Shown here piece by piece: positions 58,158-64,000 of a stretch of DNA of 64,000 nucleotides. A model generated the notes under the pieces. It searched no databases and had not been told where the DNA came from. It saw only the letters and a program-made list of their open reading frames with translations. The translations under genes were made by a program, and so were the position numbers. Positions within the stretch are counted from its first letter, which is position 1; each line of letters opens with the position of its first letter. The stretch comes from a bacterium (GTDB lineage Bacteria; Patescibacteriota; Patescibacteriia; UBA1558; S5-K13), in assembly GCA_029555085.1 (NCBI GenBank), contig JAKPTO010000026.1, forward strand, positions 37,217 through 101,216, in the 5' to 3' direction.

Positions 58158-59570
58158 TTATCTACCGATTCCCTTTCTTGCTATATTCTCAAATCCTAAT
58201 TCTTTGCATTTATTATAACGAGCTAATTTTAAATTACCAGTAGAAATAGCCCACTGACTCGTTGTGCCTCCAGCATATCTTCTAAAACAAAGTTCCAAGT
58301 TACCATCTTTACAATACTGATGTTTCCATCCTAAAACAAAAGCTTCTAAATTAGAATCAATAGTTAATAATGAATCAAAACTAAAACACTTATTTTGATA
58401 TATAAAACCATTATTATTATTACATAAAATATCTTGTTTAGAATGGTAAGTAATTTGACCCAAACCCAATCCAAATGTATAACCTTTTTTATTTATATAG
58501 TTTTTCCAATTAGAAATAGAGACCCCTGGAATATTTTTATCATAAACATACTTAGAGCAATTAGGATTATTACACAACTCTCTTTTATTGCTATTAATTT
58601 TTCCTGCCAACCAATCCTTGCAACAAGAAGGATAAAGATTACATATATGTGCCCTGCGAGCAATAATATCACAAGCCGTGTCTCTAGTAACAGCCGAGTC
58701 ATTGCCAAATGCTCTTGGGTCTCCTCCTGATTCTTGATGAATTACAGCATAATAAATACACTCATCTATATTGTTCCACTTAGCAGACTTTTGAATACCA
58801 ACAATTACTTCCTCAGAAAAAATATGACTATCACCAACAGATTTTATATTAGACCCAGATCCAATATAAGAACCACTACTAGCTAATTCATATCTATCAA
58901 CTTCAATAGGTATAATCTTCTCCACCTTTATTGGTACTATATTCAACAAGGCTGGATTTATTGTTTGGAGTATCAAAACAGAAGAAACGCATAAAACAAA
59001 CCCTATTAAAGCATTTTGTAGTCTTGATTTAGCTTCCCCTATTTTACTCTGATTTCCTCCTGCTAATACCCACTGAAAACCAGCCAATATTATTGCTAAA
59101 ACAGCCACGATTCCTGATAAATATATTAAATATCTAAAAAGTACTACTAAAAAATCTCCAATCAAAGCACCGCTTACCTCTACTTCACTTCTAAAACCTG
59201 GTATTCCGACTTCTGGAGTAAATGATATAGATTTTGGTTCCCCAGGAGTTTCATCTACGCCTTCATTTGAATTATTTTGACAATCAGAAGCCCATTGTTT
59301 AATAGCCTCCTGTTTATAGTGATTACGAAATTCAATATCATGCACAACTTCAGCTGGAAATCCAGCTGCCGTATTCTGCAACTCCCTATCCATCCAAGTC
59401 GTATACAAACCCTGATAATCAACGCTAGATTTATTTAAATCAGTGGCCGGACAATAACTCGGCCTTAAGTATTTTAAATTGGGATCATCCGGTAACTGTG
59501 CCTCTACGCCTCTAAAAAAAAACAGAAACGCTACACTAAAAATAAATAAATATCTCCTTATCTTATTCAT
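58158..59570 (-). CDS. Secreted fusion protein: T4SS-pilin-like two-TM module plus C-terminal lytic transglycosylase (SLT/VirB1-like) domain
   Basis: 470 aa with signal peptide MNKIRRYLFIFSVAFLFFFRGVEA. The pilin-like hairpin is LFRYLIYLSGIVAVLAIILAGFQWVLAGGNQSKIGEAKSRLQNALIGFVLCVSSVLIL. The SLT catalytic region is YYAVIHQESGGDPRAFG, followed by GLGLGQIT. Confidence 0.65.
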   Translation of the reverse strand: MNKIRRYLFIFSVAFLFFFRGVEAQLPDDPNLKYLRPSYCPATDLNKSSVDYQGLYTTWMDRELQNTAAGFPAEVVHDIEFRNHYKQEAIKQWASDCQNNSNEGVDETPGEPKSISFTPEVGIPGFRSEVEVSGALIGDFLVVLFRYLIYLSGIVAVLAIILAGFQWVLAGGNQSKIGEAKSRLQNALIGFVLCVSSVLILQTINPALLNIVPIKVEKIIPIEVDRYELASSGSYIGSGSNIKSVGDSHIFSEEVIVGIQKSAKWNNIDECIYYAVIHQESGGDPRAFGNDSAVTRDTACDIIARRAHICNLYPSCCKDWLAGKINSNKRELCNNPNCSKYVYDKNIPGVSISNWKNYINKKGYTFGLGLGQITYHSKQDILCNNNNGFIYQNKCFSFDSLLTIDSNLEAFVLGWKHQYCKDGNLELCFRRYAGGTTSQWAISTGNLKLARYNKCKELGFENIARKGIGR

Positions 59571-59574
59571 ATTT

Positions 59575-60237
59575 TCATTTGATAATTGATTTTATAATAT
59601 TTTCCAAATTTTCTTGAGTTATCTCACCTTCAAATTTTTGTTGATTTATAAAAATTGTTGGAATTTGCTCTACTTTAAGCACATATGCCTCCACTATATT
59701 ATTATCTATATCTTCCAAGTACTTCTGCGAAGAATAACATGATACAAATTTATTTGTATCCATTTTTAATTTTTCTGAAATTCTTTTATATAAATCTAAA
59801 GAAAATTTTTCATCGGTATTTAGTAACTCATTATTATATTCCCAATATTTATCCTGCTCAAGAGAACAACGAGCCGCTAGAGCTGAACCCTTTGAAAAAA
59901 TATTTGTAGAAAGTGGCAAATCTTTCCAAACCAAATTAACATCTTTTGGATATTTTTTTATTATTTCATCTATAATATTCAAAATATTTTTTGTTTCACT
60001 TGTTTCATAATCAGTAAATAAATAAATACTAACCTGTGTATTCCTCTCTCCTTTAATTGGATCATTTATAAATGATGATAATAAATATTTTTCTTGGGTC
60101 GTGGTTTCCACAATTTGCTTTTCATTTTTAATTTTTATAATCTTATAAAAATTAAACAAATTATAAAATAAAAAACTAAGACCTATTAGAATAAAAATCA
60201 TTACAATAATTGAAATTATTTTGTCTTGCTTGTTCAT
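59575..60237 (-). CDS. DsbA-like thioredoxin-fold protein lacking the CxxC active site
   Basis: 220 aa with an N-terminal TM helix. It aligns by eye with the DsbA at 40070-40783, with FTDYETSET in place of FSDFNCPYC. The other Cys pair is conserved (AARCSLEQDKYWEY / FVSCYSSQKY against ASSCANEQGKFWEM / FKDCYLSKKY). Confidence 0.6.
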   Translation of the reverse strand: MNKQDKIISIIVMIFILIGLSFLFYNLFNFYKIIKIKNEKQIVETTTQEKYLLSSFINDPIKGERNTQVSIYLFTDYETSETKNILNIIDEIIKKYPKDVNLVWKDLPLSTNIFSKGSALAARCSLEQDKYWEYNNELLNTDEKFSLDLYKRISEKLKMDTNKFVSCYSSQKYLEDIDNNIVEAYVLKVEQIPTIFINQQKFEGEITQENLENIIKSIIK

Positions 60238-60265
60238 TTTTTTATCAAATATTGAATATTAAATT

Positions 60266-61501
60266 TTATTTCAAATCAATACTATATAGATACCCAGTAG
60301 ATGAATCTATATAATACATCTGTGAATCATTCTGATTCGTATATATCTTATCTATTGAAATTCTATTATTATTTACCATTGGCTGGGCAATTATTTGCTG
60401 ATTTCCTGTTGATATATTTATTTTATAAATAGAATAAGGAATTCCACTTGCTAAACCCGGATTAAGCCCAGCTCCTCTTGGCATAGAATCTGGCACAGCA
60501 CAATAAACAACATCATTATTTGATTGACTAAAAGAACATTTATTTATCCAGGTATTTATTCCCATAGATACCTTCCCATAACCCAAATCGTCTCCCTGAC
60601 CATTTGCAAACCACAAAGTTGGCTTAAAATCGCTTCTCTGTGATGTAACATTATATAGAAGTTTATCGCCTTGCGTATTCCACATACCATCAAAATTAAA
60701 ACCATCAACAACCAATGATCTTAAATTTTTATCATCTTCATTGATAAAATATATTTCCTGTCTTTCTAAATCATATTGTTTTCTAAAGGTTGCCATCACC
60801 TCGCCATTTGGGCTCCAAATATTTTTTATATTCCTTGCCTGATCAGCTATCGGCCTTATAAATTTGAAATTACTCGCGTCTGAATTAGAAGTGACTAAAT
60901 AATTCTGATCTTCATAATCACCCATCCATTTATAAGACAATTTATCACCTGTTTCAGAAAAAGCAAAGTCTTGAGTTTCTTGTGGAAATCTTGCTATAAA
61001 TTCTTCTCTTTCAAAATCATACAATACTTTTGTATTATCTGGATATTCTAAAATTGCTTGATTTTTTGTGGGTGAAAAAGTTGCATTAGTTACAGAATAA
61101 AATTTCCTATCAGATAATTTAGAAATAGTACCATCCCCTGAAACCTTGAAAAAACTCTGATTCAAATTATCATAATACACAACTCCATTATTTACTGCGC
61201 TATAAGTGTTTATGCTTGCTATATTTTTACCAACAACTTCTTGAGAATTTGTTACTAGCTCTTCATCTGTTCCCATAATTTCTGGTTTAGTTGTGATAAT
61301 TGTCTCGCCTCCAGTATCTATTATCTGCGGACCACCAATACCAACATCTGGAAACCCTACATCACTAGGCGTGGTATCAATTGGTGAAGAAATTGGTTCT
61401 TGCTTTCTTGCAAAAAATGTAAAATAAATAAGAAAAGCCATTCCGATACTAACCGCTAAAAAAAGTAATATTAAAATTATTTTTTTTGTATTTTCAGGCA
61501 T
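60266..61501 (-). CDS. Membrane-anchored beta-propeller (TolB/PD40-like) protein
   Basis: 411 aa with an N-terminal TM helix. Repeated strands with the WSPNG signature (IWSPNGEVMATF, GDKLLYNV, GDKLSYKW) are typical of PD40-like blades. Confidence 0.5.
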   Translation of the reverse strand: MPENTKKIILILLFLAVSIGMAFLIYFTFFARKQEPISSPIDTTPSDVGFPDVGIGGPQIIDTGGETIITTKPEIMGTDEELVTNSQEVVGKNIASINTYSAVNNGVVYYDNLNQSFFKVSGDGTISKLSDRKFYSVTNATFSPTKNQAILEYPDNTKVLYDFEREEFIARFPQETQDFAFSETGDKLSYKWMGDYEDQNYLVTSNSDASNFKFIRPIADQARNIKNIWSPNGEVMATFRKQYDLERQEIYFINEDDKNLRSLVVDGFNFDGMWNTQGDKLLYNVTSQRSDFKPTLWFANGQGDDLGYGKVSMGINTWINKCSFSQSNNDVVYCAVPDSMPRGAGLNPGLASGIPYSIYKINISTGNQQIIAQPMVNNNRISIDKIYTNQNDSQMYYIDSSTGYLYSIDLK

Positions 61502-61619
61502 TGTAATTTTATTATTTTATAAAATATTTAAATTAATTTTTTATAATTTATCATCAATCGCCACCAAATATTGATAAAAAATACTATCCATTCTTTCACA
61601 GTTAAACTTTTCAACGTTT

Positions 61620-62513
61620 CTAAGTAACCCCTAGTAAATCCCCTATTGCAGACTTTAGTAAGTCTAATAAATCTTTTATAGCATCGATAGGATCTGTTAA
61701 AATATACCCTATTAAAAATAATAGTAAAAATATAATTGTCAAAAGTGCTATAATTATAGCTCCTATAAGAACAAAAGCTATCATTGCTCCATGGTTCATT
61801 TTATCCTTACCTTCTAATATTTCTTTTGTCGCTAGGGCTGGATTTGTTATAGAAACAAAATGACAAAATAACTGACTACCCATTATATATTTACCTATAA
61901 AATGAAATGCCAAATAAAACCATGTTAAACCATAACTATCGATTAAATGTTCATAAGAAAACTTATAGGCGGCAAAAGATGCTAACTTTAATTTGTTTTT
62001 AGCTTTTGTTTTAGCATCAGCTGCCTTTTTCTTAATATTAGCAATTCCCTGTCCTAATTTACTATTTCTTAATTTCTCTTTTTGTCTTTCTAAAAATCTT
62101 GCCTTTTGTTTTGCCTGTTCAAGAGCTGCTTTTGGATTTTCATCTGGATCAATGGTTTGAGAAATTTCTGAATTATCATTCTGAGCATTGACATTATCTG
62201 AATTATCTTGATTTGTATCTGATTGCCTGTAGTCTGGTTGTTGATTTATTGCACCAATGGTACTTAAAGGTAAATCGCTATTGCTTGGCCTAACTAATCC
62301 ACTCTCACCCTCTCTTTTCGCAGTCTCCCTACCCTGTCTTAACTGTGAAATAGGCCCCCTTAAATCTTCTGGGGTCGACGCCTCTTCCAAAAATTCTGTT
62401 CCATATTTTATAGAGGATTTAACTCCCCCAGTAATACCACCAACTTCATTTCTAACTGCACCAGCAACAGTTTTAAAGCGTCTCCCAATAGTTGATGATG
62501 CTTTACTTGGCAT
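61620..62513 (-). CDS. Hypothetical membrane protein of the T4SS-like locus (disordered N-terminal half, 2-3 C-terminal TM helices)
   Basis: 297 aa. The N-terminal ~170 aa are polar, Lys-rich and low complexity. The C-terminus has helices YGLTWFYLAFHFIGKYIMG and AMIAFVLIGAIIIALLTIIFLLLFLIGYIL. Confidence 0.5.
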   Translation of the reverse strand: MPSKASSTIGRRFKTVAGAVRNEVGGITGGVKSSIKYGTEFLEEASTPEDLRGPISQLRQGRETAKREGESGLVRPSNSDLPLSTIGAINQQPDYRQSDTNQDNSDNVNAQNDNSEISQTIDPDENPKAALEQAKQKARFLERQKEKLRNSKLGQGIANIKKKAADAKTKAKNKLKLASFAAYKFSYEHLIDSYGLTWFYLAFHFIGKYIMGSQLFCHFVSITNPALATKEILEGKDKMNHGAMIAFVLIGAIIIALLTIIFLLLFLIGYILTDPIDAIKDLLDLLKSAIGDLLGVT

Positions 62514-62517
62514 AATA

Positions 62518-63081
62518 TTATTTCCATGAAACAGAATCTACTAACCATTTATCATTTACAAAAACTAATGACAAATCTGCTTTTTTATAAAAAGTTGCTT
62601 CTTCTCCGTTTTTCGATTCTATTTGCTGTAATTGAAGAGAAACAAGCGCCGAATTATTATCTAACTCTAAAATCGTTGCATTTATAAGTTTAGTAGTTAT
62701 TCCATAATAATTTTTATTATCTGAAAAATTAGCATTACTTGATATATAATTTTTTGCCTGACTATACATATGATCAGTTATCATTGGAGAAATAAGTTCA
62801 TAAAAATCTTCTGTTTGATTTGACCACGATCCATAGCGTTCTATAAAATTTCTCGCAGTTTCGATTACTAATGAATTTTCATCAATTTTTGCATTAGATT
62901 CAAATTCTAATGAGTTAAATTCTTCTTTTTTAGGTTCTTCCATAACCTGCTGTGGCGGAATCTGATCCTCTGGTTTTATAATTTCCTGTTTTGGTTTTTT
63001 AAAAAATATAATTAAAAAAGTCAGCAATATAATTATTATTAAAATAACCAAGATAATTATTTGTTTTTTATTTATTTGCAT
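62518..63081 (-). CDS. Membrane-anchored protein with NTF2-like (VirB8/TcpC-like) ectodomain (tentative)
   Basis: 187 aa with an N-terminal TM helix. The ~120-aa C-terminal domain ends in ...SLVFVNDKWLVDSVSWK. The size, topology and position next to VirB4 resemble VirB8-type components. Confidence 0.4.
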   Translation of the reverse strand: MQINKKQIIILVILIIIILLTFLIIFFKKPKQEIIKPEDQIPPQQVMEEPKKEEFNSLEFESNAKIDENSLVIETARNFIERYGSWSNQTEDFYELISPMITDHMYSQAKNYISSNANFSDNKNYYGITTKLINATILELDNNSALVSLQLQQIESKNGEEATFYKKADLSLVFVNDKWLVDSVSWK

Positions 63082-63113
63082 ACAATTTTATTTCAATTAA
63101 TTATTATATTAAA

Positions 63114-64000
63114 TTAATTTTGAATCCTATTTAATTGTTCAAATTCTTTTTTTGCGGCTTCTATTTCAAGTAATTGTCTTGGATCTGATGTGATTAGTTG
63201 ATCCTCTGTGTACGATGCTTCAATTTGAATAGCAACATGTTTATTTCCAGCAAAAAATATTCCCTGACCAACTTTTCCTTGTAATAATAAATATTTTTCT
63301 TCCTGGGTTAATAAAAATGTTTTTTGTATTAACTCAATAGCCGCTGGAGATTGTTTTAATAATAATTGCAAAGCCGAATTTGTAACTATTGCTTGTCCAT
63401 ACGGAGAAATCAAGAAATCATTCACATCCTGAGTTATAGTTGTCACTCCTAAATAATATTTTCTACATCTTTTGACAAGTGAAAAAATAAACTTAGCGCT
63501 ATCTTCGTGTTGCATTAACCACCAAGCCTCATCAATAATTAATATTCTTTTTTTCATACTTGACCGAACTATATTCCATATATAATTTATTATTGTATAA
63601 ATTGCTATAGGACGAAGTTCATCTTCTAAATCTCTAACACTGAAAACCACTAACTGATTTGATATATTAACATTGGTTGGGCTATTAAATAATCCGGAAA
63701 ATGTTCCTTCTGTATATTTTTTAATTCTCTGAGCTAAATTTTCTCCCCCCTGAATTCCTTCTAAAACTTCCTCAAAATCTTTCATAAGTGGAGATTCTAT
63801 ATTGTCTATATCACTGTCTTCAGTTATATCTTTTTTTGCGTATGTTTCTACTAATGCTCTATCAACAATTGAATCTTCCAGATGCGTCAAATCTCCAACC
63901 ATTAATCTAGTCAATCCCTTTAGAGTTATAACTGCGCTTCTTATTATATCACCAATTCTCATTTCCTTTGTAAGTCCACGCGGTAAATCAAATGGATTTA
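63114..64000 (-). CDS. VirB4/TrbE/TraC-like type IV secretion ATPase, C-terminal part (the ORF continues beyond the window)
   Basis: Walker B ILIIDEAWWLM, then GVTTITQDVNDFL and NSALQLLLKQS motifs. Hand translation upstream of the track's first Met (...NPFDLPRGLTKEMRIG...) shows the frame stays open to base 64000. Confidence 0.85.
   Translation of the reverse strand, partial: NPFDLPRGLTKEMRIGDIIRSAVITLKGLTRLMVGDLTHLEDSIVDRALVETYAKKDITEDSDIDNIESPLMKDFEEVLEGIQGGENLAQRIKKYTEGTFSGLFNSPTNVNISNQLVVFSVRDLEDELRPIAIYTIINYIWNIVRSSMKKRILIIDEAWWLMQHEDSAKFIFSLVKRCRKYYLGVTTITQDVNDFLISPYGQAIVTNSALQLLLKQSPAAIELIQKTFLLTQEEKYLLLQGKVGQGIFFAGNKHVAIQIEASYTEDQLITSDPRQLLEIEAAKKEFEQLNRIQN

Overview
This is a very AT-rich, gene-dense bacterial chromosomal window. 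Most genes are on the minus strand, often abutting or overlapping. Several features suggest a Candidate Phyla Radiation / Patescibacteria-like small-genome episymbiont (inference only). These are a compact housekeeping set, giant orphan surface proteins, a type IV minor-pilin cluster, a VirB4-centred T4SS-like locus, lipid-scavenging genes, anaerobe-type oxidative-stress genes, and almost no Shine-Dalgarno sequences.

Housekeeping calls: rplY, tgt, recO, ileS, smpB plus tmRNA, infC-rpmI-rplT, tRNA-Asp, a MacAB-type ABC module, lgt, gatCA, ligA, nth, ogg, dfx, rbr, recG, radA.

Best candidate for a new system (50340-54660, minus strand): a stand-alone reverse transcriptase, an ABC-exporter-like protein with a degenerate ATPase domain, and a membrane-anchored phospholipase-D-family protein, encoded by three overlapping ORFs. 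A sigma70-like promoter and a roughly 190-nt GC-enriched non-coding leader, closed by a 17-bp long-range helix, sit directly upstream. The layout resembles a retron or DRT, but this effector combination matches no described type that I recognise.

Other notable items:
- a 1847-aa membrane-anchored protein combining an HTH, a collagen-like tract, tail-fibre repeats and an S74 chaperone-like domain
- a 1707-aa orphan giant protein with perfect internal DNA repeats
- an M23 peptidase with CBM domains and a T9SS-type C-terminal sorting domain, which looks foreign by composition and ribosome-binding site
- a T4SS-like locus with a pilin/lytic-transglycosylase fusion and a DsbA paralogue lacking its active-site cysteines
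- a 115-nt-period duplication of the tRNA-Asp 3' end and its flank
- promoters that imply leaderless mRNAs

No CRISPR array, rRNA, integrase or transposase was seen.
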